From contig CAVOKF010000004.1 of the NCBI GenBank assembly GCA_963696385.1, positions 736,001 through 800,000 on the forward strand: 64,000 nucleotides of DNA, given 5' to 3'. Made by a program: the position numbers and the translations under genes. Each line of letters starts with the position of its first letter. The first letter of the stretch is position 1. Below the pieces are notes generated by a model. That model worked only from the letters and a program-made list of their open reading frames with translations, was not told the origin of the DNA and ran no database searches. The stretch is from an uncultured delta proteobacterium. GTDB lineage: Bacteria; Myxococcota_A; Polyangia; Polyangiales; Polyangiaceae. Shown here piece after piece: positions 48,514 to 58,835 of this stretch.

Positions 48514-48976
48514 CACTCCCAACACTTCATCACTTGCTGCATTGAAGAACTGTCGCATCGAAGTTGCAATACGCATCCTCCTAGTCCATTTTTCGCGCTC
48601 AGCAAATTGAATCGTGACCCACCTGCGCTCGCCGTTTTATGAACGAATATGCCAAAGCAATCCATTTACAACTCCATCTGAGTTACTATACCGCCTGCCG
48701 CGTCGCAACACCTTTCCCGACTGTAGCGGGGGCGGTGGACGACCTCGTGGAAATACCTCAGTCGGGACTCATCGGGCGATAGGCTGGCGCGCCCAAGGCC
48801 TCGCGGACGGTAAGGGCGAAATGCGGCGCCGGGACTCGGCAGATGGCGCGCGGGGGAGCAATCGCTCTTCGGCAGCAGCGGAAATGCCGGGGCGGCGCTT
48901 CCCGCGCTGCGTTGCGTTCAGCCTTGCGCTACGAAGCCGGCTCGCGCATCCTGTCAGGCAAGACTGACACGCGCCC

Positions 48977-49450
48977 ATGGGAAGAGATCCGAAGCCTACG
49001 AAAACATCCTTCGCCGCTGCGCCCTCGATCGCCGAATTGAAGGCCGAGATCCGTGGCTACGGGATACGCAGCACCGGCCCACGCGTCGCGGTGCTCTCGC
49101 ACCTCAGCCGAGCTGAGGCTCCCCTCAGCCATCTCGAGGTATACGAGGCGTTGCAGGACCGCGGATACGACCGCGCCACCATTTATCGAAACCTGATCGA
49201 CCTTGCGGAAGTGGGACTCCTGACGCGCTCCGATCTCGGCGACCATGCGTGGCGCTTCGAGCGAAACCACAACCAGGGCAAGGTCGGTCATTCCAAGGTG
49301 CATCCGCACTTCGTCTGCATCGATTGCGGCAAAGTTAAATGCCTGCCCAATAGTTCTGTAAAGGTCGTGCCCTCGTTGGGAGTGCCGATGGCGCTGCGGA
49401 CCCAGCAAGTCGAGGTTCAGGTCAAGGGGCGCTGCGACGCCTGCGCGTGA
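48977..49450 (+). CDS. Fur-family transcriptional regulator (possibly Zur-like)
   Basis: R.T.PR, DRATIYRNL, HPHFVCIDCG, GRCDAC. Confidence 0.92.
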   Translation: MGRDPKPTKTSFAAAPSIAELKAEIRGYGIRSTGPRVAVLSHLSRAEAPLSHLEVYEALQDRGYDRATIYRNLIDLAEVGLLTRSDLGDHAWRFERNHNQGKVGHSKVHPHFVCIDCGKVKCLPNSSVKVVPSLGVPMALRTQQVEVQVKGRCDACA

Positions 49451-49571
49451 GGCGGCTGCGTTCACGAAAGGCCGGAACTCCAATTGGAGACGGAGCTTTC
49501 AGTGACAGCGAACGTGCCAAAGGCATTTTGGACGAAGCCGATCTGGCGCTGGCGGGGGAATCCTGGATGAC

Positions 49572-50168
49572 TCACGCATGCGCCGCGTCGGCATCTCCTC
49601 TTCGAGGGTCGGGCGCGCCGAATGCGCTCGGAACGGCCATCCGCGATTGGACGACGCTCCGGGTTAGCGCAACAACCGCCAAGCCCATCGCGAGACAAGC
49701 ATAGCCGGGGGCCACTCGATCGCTCCAGCCAATGGCCGCTGCCACGGTGTGGAGAACGGCAACGACGACCAACATGACCGCGTTGGTCCTGGATGCGATT
49801 ACCGAAAGGCGGCACAGATCGGGCGCGATGCGAGCTCGCGCGAGGAGCAACCAACCGGCGCACCACGCGACACAGGTCGAAGCGATTTCCGGCAGAAGCG
49901 AGAGCGCAATTCCGTCATAGCGGATCTTTACCATCGCATAGACCACGCCTGGGACCACGGCGCTCCCGAGTAGGACGCTGGTTAGTGCCGACGCTCGAAC
50001 GCTCGCCGGAGCCCGACCCGCGACCAACCCGCCCTGCGCCATCGACCGGTAGGGAGAACGGGGGCCCACCATCACCTCCCAACGCTGCCAGAGCGTCCGC
50101 GTGCGTCGCTCCACCAGCATGAAGACCATGGCCGTGAGCACCGGAAACAAAACCAGGAACGGCACCAT
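49572..50168 (-). CDS. Hypothetical multi-pass membrane protein
   Basis: About 5 hydrophobic segments; AAGGA RBS before MVPFLVLF. Confidence 0.55.
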   Translation of the reverse strand: MVPFLVLFPVLTAMVFMLVERRTRTLWQRWEVMVGPRSPYRSMAQGGLVAGRAPASVRASALTSVLLGSAVVPGVVYAMVKIRYDGIALSLLPEIASTCVAWCAGWLLLARARIAPDLCRLSVIASRTNAVMLVVVAVLHTVAAAIGWSDRVAPGYACLAMGLAVVALTRSVVQSRMAVPSAFGAPDPRRGDADAAHA

Positions 50169-50650
50169 GATTTCTTTTCCGCTTTTTGAGGGCTGCCAGT
50201 CCAGCGTCACCGCTGCGCCGTCCCGCCGTTTGAGGAGGGCTCAAAGGATCGGCCTGAAGCTAAGGGCCAAGGGTTAGGCCGTCAAGAACGTGTGCATTCG
50301 AAGGGCGCTGCGGCCCGCAGGATGGCCGTAGCGGCGGCTCTTCGTCGAGAAATTCGCCGTCAGGACCCCATCTGAAACGCTTCATCCTTCGCGCAGACTT
50401 CTGTTCGAAACCGCTTGTGTGCATGTCCCGGCCCGTGACCGGGAGGATCGATGCGCTCGCCCTTGCCGGCCGTGCAGGCTCGAAAGTGCACGCCGAGACA
50501 CCCCGGCCGATTCTTCGTCCGCGCTGGCTGCCCGCGCTACGCCACACCACCGACGGGACTGCGGCTTGGCTAAGGTCCGCGTGGCTTGCATCCATGGTCG
50601 TTTGAGCGTTACGGTCCACTTCCAATTTCGCGCGCAAGGGAGACCAACCC

Positions 50651-53600
50651 ATGATCCAGCGAATTGTGGCGGGCGCTCTTCGGATGCCGTTCGTGGTGTT
50701 CGCATTGGCCGTCCTGCTGGTTGTCGTTGGCCTCGTGGCCTACAAAGAGCTCGACATCGAAGCGTACCCCAATCCCGTCCCTCCGATGGTCGAAGCCATC
50801 ACCCAGCCCGAGGGATGGAGCGCCGAAGAGACCGAGCGGTACGTGACGGTACCCCTCGAGATCGGCTTTTTTGGAATGCCGGGCCTCGAGCACGTCCGGT
50901 CTTCGTCGCTGTTCGGATTGAGCGACGTGAAATGCTATTTTTCATGGGATACCACGTATCAAAACGCTCGCCAGGAGGTCATCAACCGCATCCAGTTCGT
51001 TTCGCTGCCGACCGGGATGCAGGCTGGACTATCGCCTTGGAATGCCATCGGTGAACTGTTCCGATATCGCGTGGTCGGCAAAGGCTACACGCTCACGGAT
51101 TTGAAGACGGCCGAAGACTGGATTCTCGAGCGGCAATTCAAACAAGTGCCGGGAGTCATCGACGTCACCAGCTACGGGGGGAAACGAAGGAATATCACGT
51201 CGAGGTAGACCCCTATCGCTTGCAAGGACAAGGATTGGGGCTCGGCAGTCTCATTACGGGGATTCAGAATGCGGATCAAAACGTGGGCGGTCAGCGCCTG
51301 TTCCTGGGCGAGCAAAGCTACGACATTCGCGGTATCGGCTTAATCGGCTCGGGCCAAACGCCCGTGCGCGACATTGGAAACGTCGTGATTGCCGAGCAAA
51401 AGGGAATCCCGGTCCGCGTCAAGGACATCGCGGACATCGACATGGGTCACGCGCCGAGGCTCGGGATCGTAGGTTACGACGATGACCCCGACGTCGTTCA
51501 GGGAATCGTCTTGATGCGCTACGGAGCCGAAACGCCGTCCACGCTCACCGGAATCCATGCGCGCGTCGACTACCTTCGCAAAAACCACATCTTGCCGCCC
51601 GGCATGGATATCGTGCCGTACTACGACCGCGGCGCCTTGGTCAAAGTCACCACGCACACGGTCATCGAAAACCTCGTGGTCGGCATGATCCTGGTCACGA
51701 CGATTTTGCTTATCTTTCTCGGGCACGCCCGAGCCGCACTCATCACGGCCATCAACATTCCGCTGGCTCTGCTCATCGCCTTCTGCGGGCTCGTTGCCTC
51801 GCGAACGTCGGCGAATCTGATTTCTCTCGGCGCGGTCGACTTTGGAATCGTCGTCGACTCGACCGTCATCATGATGGAAAACATCTTCCACCACCTCGGT
51901 CCTCACGGCCGGGGCAAGATGGTCGAGCGTATTCAGCAGAGCGCACGCGAGGTGGCGACGCCGATGACGTTCTCGACGCTCATCATTGGCGTCGCGTTTC
52001 TGCCTCTCTTCACGATGCCCGGCGTGTCTGGCGTCATCTTCGCGCCCATGGCTCGGACCTATGCTTTTGCCATCGGAGGTGCCATTTGCCTGGCTCTGAC
52101 GCTCACACCGGTGCTCGCGTCCAAACTGATTCCCGCCCATAGCGAAGAAAAAGACAGCTTCGTGATGCAGCTTCTCGGACGCTTCTACTACCCGCTGTTC
52201 GCCATGGTGGTACGCCATGCCAAGATCGCGGCCCCCTTCGCCCTGATTCCAATCCTGGCGCCTGTGTTTCTATTTCCGACGCTGGGGCGCGAATTCATGC
52301 CCAAGCTCGAGGAAGGCAACTTCTGGATTCGCGCCACCTTGCCCATGTCCATCTCACTCGACCAGTCGGCCAAGTACGTCGGCCGGATTCGCTCGATCCT
52401 CCGAGGCTGTCCAACGGATCCGCAGATCCCCTGCGATGATGCCCATCGAAAGTATCCCGAGGTGGTCACGGTCGTGTCTCAGTTGGGCCGTCCGGACGAC
52501 GGAACGGACGTTTCGGGATTTTACAATATCGAGCTCTTCGCCCCTTTGAAGCCGTTCGACGAGTGGCGCCGCGGTTTGACGAAGGAAAAGCTAACGGACG
52601 AGATCAACCACGCGCTAACGGAGGCTTTTCCGGGCGTCCTGTTCAATTTCTCTCAATACATCAGCGACAATGTCGAAGAGGCTCTCAGTGGAGTCAAAGG
52701 CGAGAACTCGGTCAAGGTGTTTGGCAGCGACCTCGCCAGCAACGAGAAAGTGGCGGACGCGATTGTAGACGTCATGGGCAAGGTGCCCGGCATCGCAGAT
52801 CTCGGTCATTTCAAATCGATGGGCCAGCCCAACATCAAGATCACTCCGGATCGCGAGCTGTGTGCTCGCTATGGGCTCAATACGGGCGACGTCGACGCGG
52901 TCATCCAAGCGGCGATCGGCGGCCAGGCGATCGTTCAAGTGTACGAGGGCGAGAAGCACTTCGACCTCACGGTACGATGGAAGCCGCAATATCGGATGAG
53001 CCTCGAGGCGATACGCGAAATCAGAGTCGCGACGCCCGACGGGATGCACCTTCCGCTAGGCCAGATCGCCACGATTCAGATCGCGGACGGCCCCGCCATC
53101 ATCTACCGCGAAGATGCCGTCCGGTATTCCCCCGTGAAGTTCAGCGTCCGCGGACGCGACCTGGCCAGCACGATCGGCGCGGCGCAATCCGCGATCGAGC
53201 AGGATATCCCCCCGTGTGAGAAGGCCGGGGGCGCCAAGGTCTGCCGACCATACGATACGCGGCTCGAGTGGTCCGGTGAAATCAATGAATTGCACGAGGC
53301 CGAGGACCGGCTGACCATCATCATCCCCGTCACGATTTTGCTCATCACGTTTCTCACGTACAGCGCCGTCAAGACGTGGGCGGACACCATCCTCGTGCTC
53401 ACCAACATTCCGGTCGCGTGCACGGGTGGTGTGTTGGCTCTCCTTTTGACCGGCACGAATTTTTCGGTCTCTGCGGCGATGGGATTCATTTCGATCTTCG
53501 GCATTGCGATTCAGGATTCCATTCTCGTCGTCACGTACTTCCAGCGTCTTCGGGGGACGGAAGGGCACGGTATCGAGCAGGCGGCTCGAGAGGCGGCGGA

Positions 53601-53832
53601 GAAGCGACTGCGCCCCTGCTTGATGACCACGCTGGTCGCTATGATCGGTCTTTTTCCCGCCGCGGTTTCGAACGGCATCGGCTCTCAGACCCAAAAGCCG
53701 TTGGCCATCGTCGTCATCGGGGGCTCGATGATGTTGGCTCTCGTCGCGCGCATGGTGCAGCCCCCGCTGCTCGTCGTGGCGCACACATGGCTCAAGCGGT
53801 TCCAGCGTGGCCCCGAGCCGGAAGAAGCTTGA
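50651..53832 (+). pseudogene. czcA: CzcA/CusA-family RND copy 2, split by a single frameshift at G6 run 51176-51181 (pseudogene, phase-variable or sequencing error)
   Basis: ORFs 50651-51208 and 51220-53832 are collinear with copies 1 and 3; adding one G restores SYGGETKEYHVEVDPYRL. Confidence 0.85.
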
Positions 53833-54249
53833 ACCGACCGCGCTGGATCGGCCGCCGTACCGTGGGCGTAGACGGTCGCGCCCACTCCCGGGCCAGGTCC
53901 GAACGCTCAACGATTCTGCGAAAGCAGCGTGGAGGGTCGCCCGAGCGTGCTCCGCAATGTCGCCGCTTCCGCGCACGGTTTGCGCCATGCGACCACCGGC
54001 GAGGCAATCACTCCGTGCTGGCTGCGTTGGCGTCGAAACGGCAAAAAAAACGGATCGCCGGCGTTTCCGCAGCGGCGGGACGCCAGGCGACTTAGGATGA
54101 AGACTACGGGCCCCTCCGGCTGAGCCGCGCTTCTCCAACGCGACAGGCCGCTCGCCGTCGTGGCGCACCCACAGCGTTTTAGAAAACATTTAGTGGGCGC
54201 CCCTTATATTCCCGCGATATCGCGGCGCGATATCGAGACAACCAGCAGC

Positions 54250-54372
54250 GACCTTCCGACTTTTTTTCGCGCGCTTCAGAGGCCCGTCGCGGCCCCAGTC
54301 GATGATTTCGGGATTATCACCCGCTGGCGGACGGCCGTCTAAGAGCTCATTGCAAGCGGTACGGAGTGCACG
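54250..54372 (+). pseudogene. Decayed tolC 3' end
   Basis: GCGCTTCAGA, ATTTCGGG, GGACGGCCGTCTA, AAGCGGT and ACGGAGT match tolC ~36330-36457 in order; TAC changed to TAA. Confidence 0.75.
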
Positions 54373-55563
54373 ATGACACGCATCACCGGACATATCAGCG
54401 CGCTGGCCGTCATCGTGTTCGCCGCACTGGAAGTTTCGTGTCACGCGTCGCAAGCCGCGCCGGAAGCCGCGGGTGAAGTCCCCCCTAGCGATCAGGTATG
54501 GCTGACGCCCGCCCAGGTCGCCGAGGCCAAGATTCAGGTGGCTGCGGTCGGCGATCACGTGGTGGACGAAACGCTGCTCACGAGCGGGACCGTCACCCTC
54601 GACGATCTTCGTAGCGGCCACGTGTTTTCGCCCGTCACCGGACGCGTCACCAAGATCGTGGCGCAGCTCGGCCAACGCGTGAAAAAGGGTGACCCGCTCG
54701 CCATCATCGAATCCCCCGACATCGGCAACGCAGTGAGCGACGTCCACAAGGCGGAGGCCGATCTCATCGCCGCCGAGCACAACCTGGACCGCAAGAAGGC
54801 CCTGTACGCTCAAAAGGCGGCATCGGCGGCCGATGTCGAGACGTCGGAAGACGCCGAGCGAAACGCCAAGGCCGAGCTTGAACGGGCGCGCCAAAAGCAG
54901 TTTCTGCTGCGCGTGGGCAACGTCGACGCCGTGACGCAGACCTATACGCTGTCCTCCCCCATCGACGGTGAAGTGTTGTTGCGCAACATCAACCCCGGCA
55001 TCGAAGTCCAGGGCCAGTACAGCGGCGGGGCCGGCAACAACTGTCTACCGGGTCTCATGACCAACGCCGTGTGCGGGGAGTTGTTCACCATTGGCGAGCT
55101 CGACAAGGTCTGGGTGCTGGGCGACATTTACGAGATCGATATGGGACGCGTCCACGTCGGCGCGCCCGCGAAGGTCACGACCGTTGCGTATCCCGGCCGC
55201 GTGTTCACCGGCACGGTCGATTGGGTGAGCGGGGCCATGGACTCGAACACGCGTACGGCGAAAGTGCGTTGCACGTTCGACAACCCCGACGGGCAACTGC
55301 GACCCATGATGTACGTCACCGTTCAAATCTCGGTCGACCCGAGAGAGGCGCTCGCCATCCCGAGAAGCGCGATGGTTCGCCTGGGCGAGTACAAGGTCGT
55401 CTTCGTGCAAATCGGCGAAGCGAACGGTCGAGTGCGCTTCGAACGACTGCCAGTCGCCGTGGATGAAAGCGCGGGCACTCCCTACGTGGCCGTGAAGCAC
55501 GGCGTCGAGATGGGCCAGCGAATTGTCGTCGAGGGCGCGGCGGCCTTGGCGCAAAGGCTTTGA
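54373..55563 (+). CDS. Efflux RND periplasmic adaptor (CzcB-like), copy 3, close paralogue of copy 1
   Basis: Aligns end to end with 36457-37653, with long identical stretches. Confidence 0.93.
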   Translation: MTRITGHISALAVIVFAALEVSCHASQAAPEAAGEVPPSDQVWLTPAQVAEAKIQVAAVGDHVVDETLLTSGTVTLDDLRSGHVFSPVTGRVTKIVAQLGQRVKKGDPLAIIESPDIGNAVSDVHKAEADLIAAEHNLDRKKALYAQKAASAADVETSEDAERNAKAELERARQKQFLLRVGNVDAVTQTYTLSSPIDGEVLLRNINPGIEVQGQYSGGAGNNCLPGLMTNAVCGELFTIGELDKVWVLGDIYEIDMGRVHVGAPAKVTTVAYPGRVFTGTVDWVSGAMDSNTRTAKVRCTFDNPDGQLRPMMYVTVQISVDPREALAIPRSAMVRLGEYKVVFVQIGEANGRVRFERLPVAVDESAGTPYVAVKHGVEMGQRIVVEGAAALAQRL

Positions 55564-55705
55564 GGCGGGTCTCATCGACCCGAAACTTCAGATTTCTTCA
55601 GATTAAGGGGTCGCAACAAGCCGTCGTGCAACGGCCGTCGTTCGGGCGCGGATGAATGTCGTGCGCTAGGCTGGTCGTTATCGGTCCCTGCCATGGAGGA
55701 ATCGC

Positions 55706-55936
55706 ATGCTCAGCAGCGTTCGTGACCTTCCGCAAAGCCCCTATCGTCAGCCAGCGGCTCGACGTCGCGAAGTACAAGGTCCCCGCGAGGCCTCGGCGGG
55801 GGTCGTGACCTGCTTCGTCGTGCTTCTGTTCGTACTCACCGAAGCGCTTTCGGCCGAACCCCCGCCGGGGGCAAGCTTCGGCGGTCTCGACGCGTATGGC
55901 TCGATGGCCCCTTCCGAGGTCCTCGCGGGTCGCTAG
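55706..55936 (+). CDS. Small single-TM hypothetical protein
   Basis: GGAGG RBS, SPYR motif, one hydrophobic segment. Confidence 0.45.
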   Translation: MLSSVRDLPQSPYRQPAARRREVQGPREASAGVVTCFVVLLFVLTEALSAEPPPGASFGGLDAYGSMAPSEVLAGR

Positions 55937-56108
55937 CCTCTTCCCGTGTCACTCGCCTGCCCGAGCTCGGGTCTCGTGTCTTGCGCGAAGCAGAGCGGCG
56001 CCCGGGGCATTATCGGCGCGCATCCGCTCACTTATGTGTCTCTAGAGAATCTCATCCGAAGCAAGCGGGTTCCCCGGATGGGGTAGTAAGGTCAGAATGC
56101 TCGGTCGC

Positions 56109-58286
56109 ATGATTCGTTTGGTGTATGCGTTTCTTTTCGTGGGCCTCGTCACAGCGGGCGTTGTCGCCGGGTGTGCGCAGACGGGCGGCCATGACGTCTT
56201 CGGGCCGGGAAGCTCGGTAAGCGCAGGTGGGCTGCCGGTTGGGGATGGCGGCGGTGCCCTCCTCTTGGCGGGCGACGGCTCCGGTGCCACCCTGGTGGGG
56301 GTTCAGGCCAATACGGGGACGTGTCCCTCCGGCATTACGAGCGTCGCGATTGCCCCGCCGACGCTGAGCACCACGGTCACCTACGGGGGAACCGCTCCGT
56401 CAGTCGAGCAGCCATTCACCGCAACGGCCACTCTGGCCGACGGCGGGACGGCCGACATCACCAGTTGCGCGGGCTGGAGCACGAGCGATCCGGTGTTGGC
56501 GACGGCCCCCGGCGGCAACTTCTCGACGACGAATGCGGGTCTATTCACGGTGACCGCCATCGCCGGGGCGGCCGGGTCGGCGCAGGGGACCGCGACGGTG
56601 ACGGTGAAGGTGACCGGCACGGTCAACCCGAGCAACATGGACACGACGGAGCTCGACGGGACCCCGAGCGGCACGGCGCCGCAGATCACGTATCCGCTCG
56701 ATGGGGCGCTCTTTCCGTTTCACTTTGGCGATTTGGCGTTCCAGGTCGTTCCGAGCGCGTCGAACCAGACCCTCGCGCGGATCGCGTTCGAGGGCGACGC
56801 GATCGATGTCGACGTGTATGCCCCCTGCACGCCGATCCCGAACGCGGTGATTGCCGGCGCATGCTCGATCGCCATTCCGGCGGGGCTCGAGCAGGACCTC
56901 GCCGGCGCGAGCGGCGCGCAGAACATGACCGAAACCGTGCGGCTCGCCGGCGCCGACGGGTCCAATCTCGCCGAGAGCAGCTCCATCGACGTTCGGTGGG
57001 CGTCGAGCACGTTGCCCGGATCCATTTATTACTGGAGCTCGCCTCCCTCCACGATGATGGCCGCGAGCGAAGTCGTTCGCATGAATCTGCAAGAGGCCGG
57101 CACGCCTCCGGAGGTCTTCTACCAGTGGCTCGATGCGGTACCGTACGCCCCGCCGCTGAGCGGGGGATGGGCGTGCATCGGCTGCCACGCTATTTCGCAA
57201 GACGGAAAGAAGATGGGCATCGCGATCGGCGGCGCGTCGATCGCGGCGAACGGCGATGGCAACGGGTCGTTCTTCGCCTTGATCGACATCGCAACGAGAA
57301 CGCCTCTCGCCGCACAAATCGTCGGCGATGCGGGCCAGTTTCTGCAAGACGGCTTCGCGACGTTCAGCACGTTCTCTCCGGACGACCTGACGATGGTGCA
57401 AGAGCTCCAGGGTGCGCTCTACCTGCGTACGGCCGATGCGACGCTCGCGAGCACCGGTCCTCTCTTCCCGACGATGACCGAGATGCAGACGCACCCCTAC
57501 TGGTCGGCTAAAGGCGACCTGCTCGCGTTCTCGAGCTGGGTGCCGACGCTGACCATCCCGCACGCCTACGACTCCAAAGACCTGAACGGCAACGAGACGC
57601 CCAACGCGCAAATCTGGACGGCTCCGGTCACGGGCACGACGTTCGGTACGCCCACGGTCCTCGTCCCGCGCGCCACCAACCTCACCGAATATTATCCCGC
57701 GATATCGGACGACAGTCAGTTCGTCGTCTTCAACGAGTCTTCCTGCAGCGGGCCGCCGACGCCGACCGGCGACGGCTATGGATCGAGCCCGTGCGACGGG
57801 TACGACGATCCGTCGGCCCGCCTGCGCCTCGTCCGGACGAGCGGCGGCACGCCCTTGGAGCTCGATCAGGCGAGCGGCCGAACCAGTACATGGCCTGCCG
57901 AGGGCGGAGGCACGTGGACCAACTCGTGGCCGCGCTTCTCCCCGACGCACGGCATCTTCCAGGGCAAGACCCTCTACTGGGTTGCCTTTTCTTCGCGCAG
58001 ACCCTACGGCGCCACGCTTGCCGGATCGCAAGCCGGAGCTTCCATTCCGCAGATTTGGTTCGCCGCGGTAGCCGTCGATTCGACCGGGGCGCTTTCCGGC
58101 GATCCCAGCTTCGCGCCCGTCTGGCTTCCGCAGCAGAACAGCCCGACGCCCGAGGTTCTTTGGGACGGCGGCACCGCTGCCCCCACGGGCGACGGCGGAG
58201 CGACCGGCAACCATCTCCCCCAGTGGGTGTACACGTACGTTCCCTACGTGCCGCCCCAGATGCCGCCTCCGCCGCCTCCGCGGTGA
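56109..58286 (+). CDS. Lipoprotein with Ig-like domain and TolB/PD40-like beta-propeller, one CxxCH
   Basis: Lipobox VAGC; Big_2-like WSTSDP; ITYPLDG; CIGCHAISQDG; YYPAIS.D, NSWPRFSP, WVAFSSRR.YG. Confidence 0.8.
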   Translation: MIRLVYAFLFVGLVTAGVVAGCAQTGGHDVFGPGSSVSAGGLPVGDGGGALLLAGDGSGATLVGVQANTGTCPSGITSVAIAPPTLSTTVTYGGTAPSVEQPFTATATLADGGTADITSCAGWSTSDPVLATAPGGNFSTTNAGLFTVTAIAGAAGSAQGTATVTVKVTGTVNPSNMDTTELDGTPSGTAPQITYPLDGALFPFHFGDLAFQVVPSASNQTLARIAFEGDAIDVDVYAPCTPIPNAVIAGACSIAIPAGLEQDLAGASGAQNMTETVRLAGADGSNLAESSSIDVRWASSTLPGSIYYWSSPPSTMMAASEVVRMNLQEAGTPPEVFYQWLDAVPYAPPLSGGWACIGCHAISQDGKKMGIAIGGASIAANGDGNGSFFALIDIATRTPLAAQIVGDAGQFLQDGFATFSTFSPDDLTMVQELQGALYLRTADATLASTGPLFPTMTEMQTHPYWSAKGDLLAFSSWVPTLTIPHAYDSKDLNGNETPNAQIWTAPVTGTTFGTPTVLVPRATNLTEYYPAISDDSQFVVFNESSCSGPPTPTGDGYGSSPCDGYDDPSARLRLVRTSGGTPLELDQASGRTSTWPAEGGGTWTNSWPRFSPTHGIFQGKTLYWVAFSSRRPYGATLAGSQAGASIPQIWFAAVAVDSTGALSGDPSFAPVWLPQQNSPTPEVLWDGGTAAPTGDGGATGNHLPQWVYTYVPYVPPQMPPPPPPR

Positions 58287-58411
58287 CCCGTTGCGGATCG
58301 AGAGGCGTTCGGAAGAGCCGACGATCGTCGCGACAGTCGGCGCCCATCTGACAAGGCGATCGCAGGCTCGATGATGCGAGCGGCAGGCCGCTCCAACGCT
58401 CGGCGAGCGAC

Positions 58412-58723
58412 TCACGTCGTCCGAAAGTTCTCCGCGGGCATCGCGTCCACCTCGTGGAGGTAGGCGATAATCGGCTGACCGGCGTATTTGTTCGCGATGA
58501 TTTCGAGAATCCTCTCGGCCAGCGTGGGGGCGACGAGCATCTCGAGACGCAAGCTCGACGCGTCGACGAGGCCGGCCGTCCGAAGGCCGTGCAGCCCGAG
58601 GCCATCGACCTTGCCGATACTGTAGGCCGTCACCCCGATCGCTTTCAGATCGCTCGCGAGCCGCGGCTCGAGTTCGAACGCCGCGACCACCGTAACCAGG
58701 GTGACTTTTGCTTTCTCCACCAT
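58412..58723 (-). CDS. PII-like (SbtB/DUF190-type) protein, copy 2
   Basis: AGGAGG RBS; closely similar to 26509-26814. Confidence 0.78.
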   Translation of the reverse strand: MVEKAKVTLVTVVAAFELEPRLASDLKAIGVTAYSIGKVDGLGLHGLRTAGLVDASSLRLEMLVAPTLAERILEIIANKYAGQPIIAYLHEVDAMPAENFRTT

Positions 58724-58835
58724 CGCGACCTCCTCGTGCAGCAAGGCGGCGCCGCCGGCTCGTTGGCCTCCGGCGGCGCGGCTCCCATCGGCTTGCGGGA
58801 TGTTCTGGGACAATCGGTCAAGACGGCCGAGCCGT

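Noticed and set aside
50260..50424. Possible small protein MHTSGFEQKSARRMKRFRWGPDGEF...
   Set aside because: No motif or paralogue to support it; left uncalled.
51176..51185. GGGAAAC as a programmed -1 frameshift site
   Set aside because: The heptamer is not in the required reading phase and the paralogues are uninterrupted.
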